The notes under the pieces: model-generated | Seen by the model: the letters and a program-made list of their open reading frames with translations, nothing else | Told to the model about the DNA's origin: nothing | Database searches by the model: none | In this document: one piece after another, positions 20,608 through 30,503 of the stretch | Layout of the letters: every line of letters starts with the position of its first letter | How positions within the stretch are numbered: position 1 is the stretch's first letter | Made by a program: the position numbers and the translations under genes | DNA from: Promethearchaeota archaeon | Lineage (GTDB): Archaea; Asgardarchaeota; Lokiarchaeia; Sigyniarchaeales; SOKP01 | Assembly (NCBI GenBank): GCA_016840165.1 | Contig: JAEOSU010000051.1 | Span: 223,090 to 287,089, forward strand | Reading direction: 5' to 3' | DNA: 64,000 nucleotides

Positions 20608-21627
20608 TTAATTACTACCAATTTTTTTCCTTTCTTTAATAATATATATTAAATCATTGAGTATTGCAGAACCTGCTTCGAAACCTCCCGCTCCTTTTCC
20701 TATTAAAATTACAGGACCTGCGTACTGAGTTTGAAGTTCGATTATGTTAAGAGTTCCACTAATATTTAGGGGGGAGCCTTTTTTAATCATCCGTGGTTCT
20801 ACAATTAGATTATCATTTTCAGCAATAGCTAAATGTTTAACTACATAACCGTCTAATTTAGCCAGCTTTATAGCGTTTGGCGTTATCTTTGTGATTCCTT
20901 CAATTTTTGCATCTTTGATAGTTTTAGTCCATCCAAGTAATTCATTTGCCAGTATTACTAATTTACCGGCTGCGTCAAATCCTCCCACATCTAAATTAGG
21001 GTTAGCCTCGGCATAGCCTAACTCTTGCGCTTCTTTAAGTGCTATTTCAAAAGGTATATTCTCAGATGTCATTCGACTTAAAATATAGTTACTTGTACCA
21101 TTTAGGATCGCTTTAATTTGAGTGATCTTATTTCCTATGAGATTTTCCTTAATAGATAAGGCAGGTATACAACTTGCCACTGTGGCTTCATATCTTATGA
21201 AACATTTATTATCATTAGCTAATTCTTTAATTCTTTTATATTCTAAAAAAAATGGAGCTTTATTTGAGGAAATCACATCAATTTTGTTATTTAACGCTTC
21301 TATAATATGTGTAAGTGCAGGTTCTCCTGTATTTGGATTTGTTGGTGTAGCATCTATACAAACATCTAGATTTAATTTAGAGATTAAATCTTTTGCCTTA
21401 AGATTTTTTTTCCAAAATTTATTTTCTCTAAAATCGATACTATCGTTTAACAATTCATCTAAAATTAATCCATCTTCATTAATTAGGGCTCCATCGCGTT
21501 CAAAAATAGCCAATAGTTTACATTCACAATTATAACGTTCTTTTATTATCTCTTTTTTTCTTTTTAATAATTCGAGAAAACTTGTCCCCACAGTGCCCTT
21601 TCCTATCAAACAGATTTTTAATTCCAT
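20608..21627 (-). CDS. hom: Homoserine dehydrogenase
   Basis: GKGTVG, SNKAP, YEATV, ILNGTSNYIL, AQELGYAE, DAAGKL, GKGAGG. Confidence 0.93.
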   Translation of the reverse strand: MELKICLIGKGTVGTSFLELLKRKKEIIKERYNCECKLLAIFERDGALINEDGLILDELLNDSIDFRENKFWKKNLKAKDLISKLNLDVCIDATPTNPNTGEPALTHIIEALNNKIDVISSNKAPFFLEYKRIKELANDNKCFIRYEATVASCIPALSIKENLIGNKITQIKAILNGTSNYILSRMTSENIPFEIALKEAQELGYAEANPNLDVGGFDAAGKLVILANELLGWTKTIKDAKIEGITKITPNAIKLAKLDGYVVKHLAIAENDNLIVEPRMIKKGSPLNISGTLNIIELQTQYAGPVILIGKGAGGFEAGSAILNDLIYIIKERKKIGSN

Positions 21628-21643
21628 CTCAATTCGATTTCAT

Positions 21644-22156
21644 TTAAGATTCTATTAAAAAGAGATCTTTCTCTTTACAAATCTTTTCGATTTCATGAAT
21701 GATACTAATCTTTTCCATCGATTCAGGAAATTCTAACTTCAGTTTAACGTCACTTATTTTATCTAATCCATTAAATTTAGCTTGTAATTCAATAACCTTA
21801 ATATCTTTTGAATCTAACCGATTAATTGTTTCATTTATATCGGTATCAAAAACATGTCCTGACAGAATAATGGTTACAAACTTATTTTTTGAACCTATAG
21901 AAAGTTTTGTGATTTCAATTTTTTTTTCGGTTAGTTCTTTTCGGATATTAAAAATTGATGTATCCATGAGCTCCTTGTTTAACTCAAACCAAACATTTAC
22001 GGGAATCATATTATTTATTTTTTTATCGTGATTGTGTAATATACCATAAATGTTTCCACCATTCTGGGAGATGGGTTTAATCATCTCTATTAAACTTCCC
22101 GGTATATCTGGTAATTTAACTTCGAGATAAATCATAGTAATTATTACATTACTCAC
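21644..22156 (-). CDS. ACT-domain protein (archaeal allosteric regulator of homoserine dehydrogenase)
   Basis: LPDIPGSL...GGNIYGILH and ILSGHVFDTD tandem ACT pattern; directly upstream of hom. Confidence 0.8.
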   Translation of the reverse strand: MSNVIITMIYLEVKLPDIPGSLIEMIKPISQNGGNIYGILHNHDKKINNMIPVNVWFELNKELMDTSIFNIRKELTEKKIEITKLSIGSKNKFVTIILSGHVFDTDINETINRLDSKDIKVIELQAKFNGLDKISDVKLKLEFPESMEKISIIHEIEKICKEKDLFLIES

Positions 22157-22268
22157 TTTTGATGAAGAATATCTTAATAATTTATTTTAATTTATTAATC
22201 TCTTTCTAATTTACAACTAGTCTATCCAAGTCTACTTTTTAATCTTTCGAATTAAAAATTATGAAATC

Positions 22269-23042
22269 TTAAAATAATTTTGAGTTGAATTCAAGTAATT
22301 TGTCTTGTATTTTATTTTTTATTTCTTTTATTAAATTCACTTTAATATCATCAGGTATATATTCCAAATATTCATTTACTTCATGTTGAAGGATGGGATC
22401 AATCTGATCGATAATGAGTTCAAATATATCATGACGCTTTAAATAATATTTTTTGAACGATTCAATATATCTCCAATTCAGTTTTTTTAACCAGATCCTA
22501 CCCTTATTTTCGAGACTAACTATGATTTTCTTAGCTTTAGACTCATTAAAGTGGCTAAATTCATAGTTATGATCAGAAAGGATTTCCTTAAAATGATTTA
22601 ATATTTCACTTTTTTGTTTTGCCTTCAAATCTGTATTAGAATTAAGAAATGTAATGATAATAAAATCTAATAGAAAATAAATTTGAGCTTTAATATTGGA
22701 ACCATAAATTTCAAGGTGGGATAAATTTTGAATATTAGTTTGCCCAGCAAATACTTTAAAAGAACTAAAATACATAGAAATTAAATCAATTTCCAATAAA
22801 TTCTTATCAGTCTCTGAAAGATAGGTTTTAATTGGCTCATAAATCGCTCCATTTTCTGACTCATATTCATAGATCATTATCGCATTACCATATTGATCAG
22901 CAACTATAAAACCTATGATTGGAGGTATTATATTAAAATTAGATGCCCGAAATTTACTATCTAATAGTTGATTTTTTATGAGAGAGAATTTATTTGTATA
23001 AACATGATTGTTTTTTGTCGGATAATATCCTTGATTTACCAT
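22269..23042 (-). CDS. Hypothetical protein with probable longin/roadblock-like domain
   Basis: GFIVADQYGNAI...DLISMYFSSFKVFA...LSHLEI..NIKAQI pattern resembles longin/roadblock folds (inference). Confidence 0.5.
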   Translation of the reverse strand: MVNQGYYPTKNNHVYTNKFSLIKNQLLDSKFRASNFNIIPPIIGFIVADQYGNAIMIYEYESENGAIYEPIKTYLSETDKNLLEIDLISMYFSSFKVFAGQTNIQNLSHLEIYGSNIKAQIYFLLDFIIITFLNSNTDLKAKQKSEILNHFKEILSDHNYEFSHFNESKAKKIIVSLENKGRIWLKKLNWRYIESFKKYYLKRHDIFELIIDQIDPILQHEVNEYLEYIPDDIKVNLIKEIKNKIQDKLLEFNSKLF

Positions 23043-23146
23043 TGCGTTATCTCTGAAAACAATGTGGACATAGTTAATTAAAAGTATATACAGAAATGCA
23101 GATATTGTTATAAAATTACAAGGGAGTGCAAATTTTTATAAAAAAC

Positions 23147-23164
23147 ATATCACTCATGTGATAT
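23147..23164. promoter_or_regulatory. Perfect inverted repeat ATATCAC-N4-GTGATAT next to a TATA-like box
   Basis: Seen directly. It could be an operator for 22269-23042 or a terminator hairpin of the nitroreductase. Confidence 0.3.
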
Positions 23165-23171
23165 ATTGTAA

Positions 23172-23972
23172 TTAGTCTTTTTGATTACCATTGATCCAAT
23201 TTTTAATCGCAACTTTAACAGAGCGACGCATTTCTATAGAAAAATCAGCTCCTAACTTTTCAAAATAAATTTGTTGCCCAAAATTTTCAGCATAATCAAT
23301 TATGCGTTTTCTTTCGACTCCTTCGAACATATTTTTATAATCTTCTCTACTCAGTTGATGGTATATATTTTCATGAACAATATAATCCACAGGAAAACGA
23401 TTTGTAAGCGGAATTTTATCTTTATCTCCTTTTGGATGTCCAAAACAAATTAAAGTTATTGGAAAAACCCATCTTGGTAATTTAAGAAGTTCTTGGTGAG
23501 TTTCATAATTCTCCATAATGTCACCGATATAGCATGACCCAATTCCTAGAGCCTCAGCAGCTATCACGGCATTCTGGGCAGCAATTAAAGCATCACAACA
23601 TGCTAAGAGTAAATCAGATTCTTGAGGTTTCTCAAAATTCACATGCATTTCATTGCATTTTTTTTGAACATCACAAAGTTCAAAATAGTTCCACCACCTC
23701 TGCATATCTGCTAAAAAGATTAAAACTAAAGGCGCTTTTGCTATATGGGGTTGATTATCACAGCTAATTGCCAACTTTTCCTTCAATTTCTGGTCCGTTA
23801 CTTTTAAAATAGAGTATAACATCAAATTTCCCGCAGTAGGAGCTCTTATCGCGGCCCTAATAATGATTTTCTCATCTTCCTGACTTATAGGTTTTGCACT
23901 GTAAGCACGTATAGTCCTTCTTTTATTAAGTAACTCAATAGTCTTATTATCAGGACTTTTTTTTTTCATCAA
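23172..23972 (-). CDS. Nitroreductase / NADPH-flavin oxidoreductase (NfsA/NfrA-like)
   Basis: RRTIRAY, APTAGNL, DALIAAQN, GIGSCYIG. Confidence 0.88.
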   Translation of the reverse strand: MMKKKSPDNKTIELLNKRRTIRAYSAKPISQEDEKIIIRAAIRAPTAGNLMLYSILKVTDQKLKEKLAISCDNQPHIAKAPLVLIFLADMQRWWNYFELCDVQKKCNEMHVNFEKPQESDLLLACCDALIAAQNAVIAAEALGIGSCYIGDIMENYETHQELLKLPRWVFPITLICFGHPKGDKDKIPLTNRFPVDYIVHENIYHQLSREDYKNMFEGVERKRIIDYAENFGQQIYFEKLGADFSIEMRRSVKVAIKNWINGNQKD

Positions 23973-23989
23973 AAGTATAATTCCTTAAT

Positions 23990-24835
23990 TTATAATAGTA
24001 TATTTAATATTGCTTTAGAACCCCCAACCTTATCCAAATATTCAGCATGAGAATCAATGGAAACAAATTTTTGCTTATATTCAGAAAAGTCCATTTTTAG
24101 ATATTTTTGAATGTGCAATGCATCAAAAGTATAACGGTCATAGCAAGAAGTAGGATGAGCTCCAAATGGTAATTTTACGACTGCTTTGGTAGTTTGCATA
24201 GGTAATTGAGCTTTTCCTGGAAGATATCTTATATCTTCAGTTTCCACTAACCTCTCGCAAGTAATAATAGTTCTTTTTGCTGTTTTTGCCATATCATCAT
24301 CCATCCAGACCGCACCAGGAATATTTGCATTACCAAATTCATCAGCATAAGGAACATGGAGTATTGCTACGTCTAGATCTATTTTCGGAAGTGCCATTAA
24401 TTTTGTTCCTGAACCTAAGGGATCTTCAAATTCTTTAATGTCATCTCGAACTTTTGGAAAGTCCGTTCCAATTATTCCTTTAAGCGGCATAAAAGGAACT
24501 TTTAAATATGAACATTTTAAACCTAGTGCAATAGAAGCCTCGCTCTCTTCTGAGATAGTAACATTTCCTGATTCAACGGCTTTTCGGTAATGGGGAGCCA
24601 TACCAAACATTTCCATGCCTACAAAACAAGCTTTCACTTTTGAAATACAACCTCCGGCTATTAGCATATCTACTTCTATTCCCCCTACAAACGTACAGAC
24701 CGTGAGGTTTTTCTTTTCTTGTCTAATGATCTCGCGGACAGCAGCCATAGGTTTTCGCCAAAATGAGAGCCCTCCAAAACCAACTATATTTCCGTCTTCA
24801 ATATTATCAGAAATTGCTTCTTCTAATGACATCAA
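23990..24835 (-). CDS. Class I CoA-transferase-like alpha subunit (GctA/IpdA-like)
   Basis: GFGG...RKPMAAVREI, DVAILH...ADEFGNA, PFGAHPTSC. Confidence 0.87.
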   Translation of the reverse strand: MMSLEEAISDNIEDGNIVGFGGLSFWRKPMAAVREIIRQEKKNLTVCTFVGGIEVDMLIAGGCISKVKACFVGMEMFGMAPHYRKAVESGNVTISEESEASIALGLKCSYLKVPFMPLKGIIGTDFPKVRDDIKEFEDPLGSGTKLMALPKIDLDVAILHVPYADEFGNANIPGAVWMDDDMAKTAKRTIITCERLVETEDIRYLPGKAQLPMQTTKAVVKLPFGAHPTSCYDRYTFDALHIQKYLKMDFSEYKQKFVSIDSHAEYLDKVGGSKAILNILL

Positions 24836-25086
24836 TTTCGACTCTATTTCTAATCCCCTTATCTTATTTTTTTCTTTAGTGTTTTAAAAGAATAATTAGA
24901 AAAAATAGTTATTATGTTAAAAATATTTTTTACAGATTATAATAGATAATGTTAATTCATTTTAGATGAAATAAGTCAAGTTTCTGAAAAATTGATACTT
25001 GAATTGAATAAATACATTTTTATACCATAAACCGATAAAATTATCGTTAAAATAATATTTTTAGAGATGTAATTTCGGAGATTCTC

Positions 25087-28000
25087 TTGATAGTCATTAC
25101 TTTAAGTCATTTAAAACCATTTTTTAGACCATATATCTTTTTAAAAATACCAGATTCGGTTGAGAAGGATAAGCTTAGTCAAATCCCATTCTTAATGCAA
25201 ATGTATGATACTGGTTTTTTTAAGCATCTCTTTGGAACATTTAAAACAGCAAACTTATTATTTGAAATCCCCAGTGAATATTCAAGAACAAATAAAGAAC
25301 AATTATTAATTTCAATAATAATTGATAAAAAAGACAAATTTAATACTGAATTAACGCAGAAGCTTTTAGAAGAGTTTGTTAAAGAATTTAAAAAAATTGA
25401 ATCAGCTTTTAAAGCTTTTTATATCGACTCTCAAGTTTATAAAGGAGATATGGATAAGTATAATAAAGTTAAGAATCTATTAGATACTTTCTATATCACC
25501 TTTCCTAAGAAAGATGTAATATTTGAGCAAAAAGAAGCAAATGTGTTAGTTTTTGGTTTATATCTAGCTGGAAAAACTACACTCATAAGATGTAGACGAA
25601 AATCAATATCAAAAACTATATTTCCGACTATAAGTGTAGATATTTCTAGGATTTTAGTTAACAATGTCTCTTTATTAACATATGATACTCCTGGGCAATC
25701 TAAATTTAAAGAGATATGGAAACCATATCTAAAAAATCAAGATGGGTTAATTTTTGTGCTAGATATTACTGACAAAATTAAATTCCCGGATGCTTTCGCG
25801 CTATTAAATGAGATCGCAGGTCATCCAGAATTAAAAGAACTGCCCTTGCTCATTCTTTTCAATAAAATAGATTTAGAAAAACCGGATACCAATGAGATTA
25901 ATGATCTAATAAACGCAATGGATTTAGAAAAGTTAGGGAAGCGCCCGATAAAATACTTTTTAACAAGTGGGATTAAAAATATAAACGTGGATGAAGCTTT
26001 TAACTGGTTATCTTTAAAACTATCAGAAAGACTTGAGACATATGTTCCAAGGAGTGAGGTCGGAATAATTTTTTGTAGATGGGATGAAAATCTTGGCGTA
26101 AAGATTGAATTTGCATATCCTGAAGATGCATTCGAAGACCCTGAGTTAATCTCAATAAAGAGTTTTTCTGTTTCACAATTCTTTATAGCAGGTGCAGAAT
26201 TAAAACAAAGATCTGTTATTCTTCCCTTTCCTCATTTAAATTCATATGCTGCCGTTTATTTTGATTACATTCCAGATGAGAGTATTAGGGGCGGATTATT
26301 ACCTTTATGCCTTATCGTATATTATAATGAAAACTTTCCAAAAGAAATTATTAGCCATTTTAATAATTATATTTACGAATTGTTTGATAACATAAAGAAT
26401 AATTACCATGATAAAAGTAACATCATTAATTTAATCAAGTCAGCACAAAACGCAATAATAAATCAAATTGAGCAATTTAGACCCTCAATTGAAACTCTAA
26501 AGTTGGCTGAATTACGATATGAAGCTTTATTTAGAGCCGCGCGAGATGCAATCTTAATTATAGATCGACGCTCGGGCATTATAATCGATGCTAACAAACA
26601 AGCAGAAAAGTTATTCCAATTGCCTTTTGAAGATTTTATTGCCCTCCATTCAAGTCAGCTACTTACAGATGATATTAGTGTTGATTTTTACGAAAGAATT
26701 ATTATACAGATTGAAAACCCCGTACCTTTAATTACAAACATTATAAGTATATCCGGTAATCTTGTTCCTGTTGAAATTAGCGTAAATGAGATAAAAGTAG
26801 GTCAGCAATTATTAGTTCAGTGTATAATCAGAGATATTAGTAAGAGAATTGAGACTGAGCGAAAGTTATGGGAATCTGAAAATAAGTATCGACACCTATT
26901 CCAAGATTCTCCTTTTTCAATACTTTTAATCGATTCTAAAGGAGTTGTGGTTGATTGTAATCCCGCATTTGAAATATCCTTAGGATATAAAAAAGGGGAA
27001 TTAATAGGGAAAAAATTTGTTGAACTTTCCCTTATTCAAGAGGATTATTTAATCAATCTACTTAATAGATTTAAAAAAGATAAAAAAGATCGAATTTTTT
27101 CTCCAATCGAAATTCAACTTTATAAAAAAGATGGAAGTCTCATCTGGGCGTTAATGCAGACATCTATCGTCAAAATTGAGAATCAAACATACCATCAAAC
27201 AATCTGTCAAGAAATTACAGAAAAGAAGAAAATAGAACAAGATCTCGCCAAAATTTTGAAGTTCTTAACAATAATCACTCGCATTATATCAAAATTTATT
27301 GGAGTTAAAAATGTCAATAAAGCAATCTATGAATCTCTCAGAGAGATTGGGGACTTCATTAATTCAAATAGAATCTTTCTCTATATCTTCAATGAAAAAT
27401 ATAGTTTTATTGATAGATCCTTTATATGGTATTCAAAAGTGACATATCCGCAGTTAGAACCTCTTAAAAAAATAGACTCTAACAGTTTTCCTTGGTTAAA
27501 TGAGAAACTTAAGACTAATGACTATTTCTATATACAAAATATAGATGATCTTCCAAGTACAGCAAAATCTATAAAGTCATTCCTTCAAGATCAAAATATT
27601 ATGAATTGTCTTGTATATTCAATTAAAATTAATGATGTGCTAGAAGGTTTAATTTTCTTTGGGAATATTTTAGACGATGATTATTGGGGATTTAAACGTT
27701 TCGATACTCTATGTATTTTTCCTGAGATCCTTGTAAATGTCATAGAGCGTGAAGTAATTCAGGAAGGTGTACTTATGAGTGAACAAGAATTTCACCGCCA
27801 ATTTGATCAGGAATATTTCTATCGAGAACTCTTTGTAAATGACATTTATAATATAGTTAACAGTCTTTTAACTCTAATTGAGGAGTTTAGTAAGCAACAA
27901 TCTCAATTTCCAACAACTTTTTCAAAAAATTGGTTAAATAATGTTATTAGTCAATGTACAAATAGTTTACAGTTAATCTCAATTATCCGTACACTAACTC

Positions 28001-28467
28001 TTCTTAATGAATCAAAAATAGTAATAAAACGAGTTGATATCAAGGAAATAATTGAGGATGTCTTAGATTATTTTGTAAAAGTATATATAAATAAAAAGAT
28101 AAACCTAACAATCGAAATCCCAGATGAGAATATTTATCTTTTAGCTGATGATTTCTTATTTGACGTTTTTACAAACATTATATTTAGCTCCATAAAATAT
28201 AATCCAAATCCATTAGTTGATTTTAAAATAATAATTTATCGAACACTTCAAGATAACATAAATTATGTTAAAATTGAATTTGTAGATTATAAGAGTGAAA
28301 TTTCCCATATACAAAAGGAAACTCTGTTAATAAAAGACATTGAGAAAGATAGTAACATTAAGGAACTTCTCATAGGTTTCCTTTTGGTTGAACAAATTTT
28401 AAATAACTATAATGGTAAAATCTGGGTTGAAGGAGGCAATTTTGTGATTATGATTCCTGAAGGGTGA
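25087..28467 (+). CDS. Multidomain signalling protein: longin/uDENN-like - Arf-like small GTPase - longin/uDENN-like - PAS - PAS - GAF - degenerate histidine kinase
   Basis: GTPase motifs G1 GLYLAGKTT, G2 PTI, G3 DTPGQ, G4 NKID, G5 TSG. PAS motifs (ARDAILIID..G.IIDAN...RDIS.R; SPFSILLID..G.VVDCN). Kinase remnants VNDIYN, VFTNII..SIKY, NGKIWVE. Confidence 0.85.
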   Translation: MIVITLSHLKPFFRPYIFLKIPDSVEKDKLSQIPFLMQMYDTGFFKHLFGTFKTANLLFEIPSEYSRTNKEQLLISIIIDKKDKFNTELTQKLLEEFVKEFKKIESAFKAFYIDSQVYKGDMDKYNKVKNLLDTFYITFPKKDVIFEQKEANVLVFGLYLAGKTTLIRCRRKSISKTIFPTISVDISRILVNNVSLLTYDTPGQSKFKEIWKPYLKNQDGLIFVLDITDKIKFPDAFALLNEIAGHPELKELPLLILFNKIDLEKPDTNEINDLINAMDLEKLGKRPIKYFLTSGIKNINVDEAFNWLSLKLSERLETYVPRSEVGIIFCRWDENLGVKIEFAYPEDAFEDPELISIKSFSVSQFFIAGAELKQRSVILPFPHLNSYAAVYFDYIPDESIRGGLLPLCLIVYYNENFPKEIISHFNNYIYELFDNIKNNYHDKSNIINLIKSAQNAIINQIEQFRPSIETLKLAELRYEALFRAARDAILIIDRRSGIIIDANKQAEKLFQLPFEDFIALHSSQLLTDDISVDFYERIIIQIENPVPLITNIISISGNLVPVEISVNEIKVGQQLLVQCIIRDISKRIETERKLWESENKYRHLFQDSPFSILLIDSKGVVVDCNPAFEISLGYKKGELIGKKFVELSLIQEDYLINLLNRFKKDKKDRIFSPIEIQLYKKDGSLIWALMQTSIVKIENQTYHQTICQEITEKKKIEQDLAKILKFLTIITRIISKFIGVKNVNKAIYESLREIGDFINSNRIFLYIFNEKYSFIDRSFIWYSKVTYPQLEPLKKIDSNSFPWLNEKLKTNDYFYIQNIDDLPSTAKSIKSFLQDQNIMNCLVYSIKINDVLEGLIFFGNILDDDYWGFKRFDTLCIFPEILVNVIEREVIQEGVLMSEQEFHRQFDQEYFYRELFVNDIYNIVNSLLTLIEEFSKQQSQFPTTFSKNWLNNVISQCTNSLQLISIIRTLTLLNESKIVIKRVDIKEIIEDVLDYFVKVYINKKINLTIEIPDENIYLLADDFLFDVFTNIIFSSIKYNPNPLVDFKIIIYRTLQDNINYVKIEFVDYKSEISHIQKETLLIKDIEKDSNIKELLIGFLLVEQILNNYNGKIWVEGGNFVIMIPEG

Positions 28468-28482
28468 TATCCACACCAGACA

Positions 28483-29250
28483 TCAATCTTTCTTAACTTT
28501 CTCTAATTGCTTTTTTAATTTTACAAAAAAATCTGGAGTTGAGATTTGGAATGGTATTGGATATCTTGTTCCTGCTTTATGTGTTTTTTCCATTCCAGAT
28601 AAAATCTCATTCACTAGACTAAATGGTATGGATGCAATCAAGTCATTATCGGTTGCATTACCAAATCGACGATCACCTAAACAAGGGAAGGCAATTTGGA
28701 GATCTCGAGTGAGGAGTGTCTTAGTTATCGTATCAGCACATACTCCATCGCAAAAAGTAGACAAATTTACCCTTCCTCCCCTTTTCCAGAGATATCCTTG
28801 AATAATTCGCATCATCTGAGCAGAATTTCCCCAGATTAATATTAAATCCGGTTCATAGTCTACGCGTCCTAATGCTCCGCTAACTATCGCCTTATATTCA
28901 TTCGTAGGTAATCTTGGCATGCTTGCGGTTGTCAATTTTGCAGCTTGTTTAGTTTCGTTATAACGTCCAATAAAAAATGCCCCTTCTTCAAAAAGGTCAT
29001 GAGGCTCTTCAAAACCCAGAGTGATACCTGCTAATGGACATATATTTTCCTCACCAGTACATCCCATTGTCCATCCATAGTAACGAGAATAGCTAAATAG
29101 TTGACAAATAATAATATCTTCTTCTGGTTTTTTAAGGAACTTAATTTCCTTTAATTTTTCTAGATCTTTATATAATTTCACAGCTACAGGGAATGTAGCT
29201 AGCCTTAGATACTTAATTAACTGGGTATCTAAACGTTCCCATTTACTCAT
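28483..29250 (-). CDS. DUF169 family protein
   Basis: L..FPVAVK, ICQ, CPLA..LG, PDLILI.GN..QMMR, GVCAD, PCLGDR.F. Confidence 0.82.
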   Translation of the reverse strand: MSKWERLDTQLIKYLRLATFPVAVKLYKDLEKLKEIKFLKKPEEDIIICQLFSYSRYYGWTMGCTGEENICPLAGITLGFEEPHDLFEEGAFFIGRYNETKQAAKLTTASMPRLPTNEYKAIVSGALGRVDYEPDLILIWGNSAQMMRIIQGYLWKRGGRVNLSTFCDGVCADTITKTLLTRDLQIAFPCLGDRRFGNATDNDLIASIPFSLVNEILSGMEKTHKAGTRYPIPFQISTPDFFVKLKKQLEKVKKD

Positions 29251-29261
29251 TTTAAATTCCT

Positions 29262-30389
29262 TTATATTGTTTTTTGCTCTAATCTCTTTTTTCTTTCACT
29301 GATTTTATCAAATAAATCATCCATTGTAGGGAACGGGGTAAATTGTTTATCCCTTTTCTTTAAACTAATAGCTTCTACCGGACACTTTACCACACAATTA
29401 CCACAACCAATACAACGCTTTTTCTTAATTTTTGAAATGTCATCTTGTAGTTTAATTGCTTCCATAGGACAAATATTTACACAAGTGCCGCATCCATTGC
29501 AAAGTTCGGGATCAATTTCGGCATAATAGTTTGTAATGCTCATACTTCCAGGATTTGGAAATTTAATATAACGAGATAAAGATTCACAGCAACAACTGCA
29601 ACAACTACATATAAATCCTAATTCTTGAGAATTATCAGGTTGAAGCACCAATCCATCTTCTTGATTTTGCCGTAATATCTCGATTGCTTCATCCTTACTT
29701 ATTTCACGTCCCCAACCTTGTTCAATATACATTTTTGCAGCATAACCAAATCCCATACATACCTCTCTCCTTGAAGTTACTTTGCAGGGCTCCCCCTCCA
29801 AATCTTTTAGTTGTTTGCATATACAATTTGTCACCATATATGGTCCTTGTGTACTTTCTATTAAAGATTCAAGGTTATCAAAATCAGCAACATTTTCTTC
29901 AAATTCGATACTTTTCTCTATCGGAATGGTACGCAATTGAGATCCTTTAACTTTAAATGCCTCTGGAAGCCAAGATTCGTCGAAATAATCATGAAAATCC
30001 TTAATGAACTCTTCAGGTAATTGGTCCAATCTATTAACTTGAAATTCAAACATACCCACCATCAATAATGCATTACCATAATACTTTAAGCTATTTTCTT
30101 TTTTGAACATCAGTAAACCCTTCTTGACCATTGAATCCAATTTCTCTTCTAACTCTTCTTTCGTAATATTTTTATCTTTTACTCGTTCATAAATAACATC
30201 TATTGGCTCCAAGTCTCTTTCCCAGCTAAATCTAAGGTAAGTTGCCAACTCTGCCTCTTCTGGAGTAAAAAGATGTTTAAGTAAACGAAGTCCAGAGCCA
30301 GATTTACTTGGTGGAAAGCCAATTGGCATTTTGTCAAGATGTTGCTGCAACTTTTTATATATTTCTATTTCAGATATTTTCTCATTCAT
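29262..30389 (-). CDS. 4Fe-4S binding protein with N-terminal helical domain
   Basis: CICK, C, ICSCCSCCC, and C-terminal CNGCGTCVNICP / CIGCGNCVVKCP. Confidence 0.85.
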   Translation of the reverse strand: MNEKISEIEIYKKLQQHLDKMPIGFPPSKSGSGLRLLKHLFTPEEAELATYLRFSWERDLEPIDVIYERVKDKNITKEELEEKLDSMVKKGLLMFKKENSLKYYGNALLMVGMFEFQVNRLDQLPEEFIKDFHDYFDESWLPEAFKVKGSQLRTIPIEKSIEFEENVADFDNLESLIESTQGPYMVTNCICKQLKDLEGEPCKVTSRREVCMGFGYAAKMYIEQGWGREISKDEAIEILRQNQEDGLVLQPDNSQELGFICSCCSCCCESLSRYIKFPNPGSMSITNYYAEIDPELCNGCGTCVNICPMEAIKLQDDISKIKKKRCIGCGNCVVKCPVEAISLKKRDKQFTPFPTMDDLFDKISERKKRLEQKTI

Positions 30390-30503
30390 AAGATCACAAG
30401 TTTTTATTTATAAGCTAAATATTATTCTAAATTTATTATAGGATATAAAAATTAATTTTATCTTCAAAATTTTCTTGTTAGAAAAAAAAGGAGAGATAAA
30501 AAA

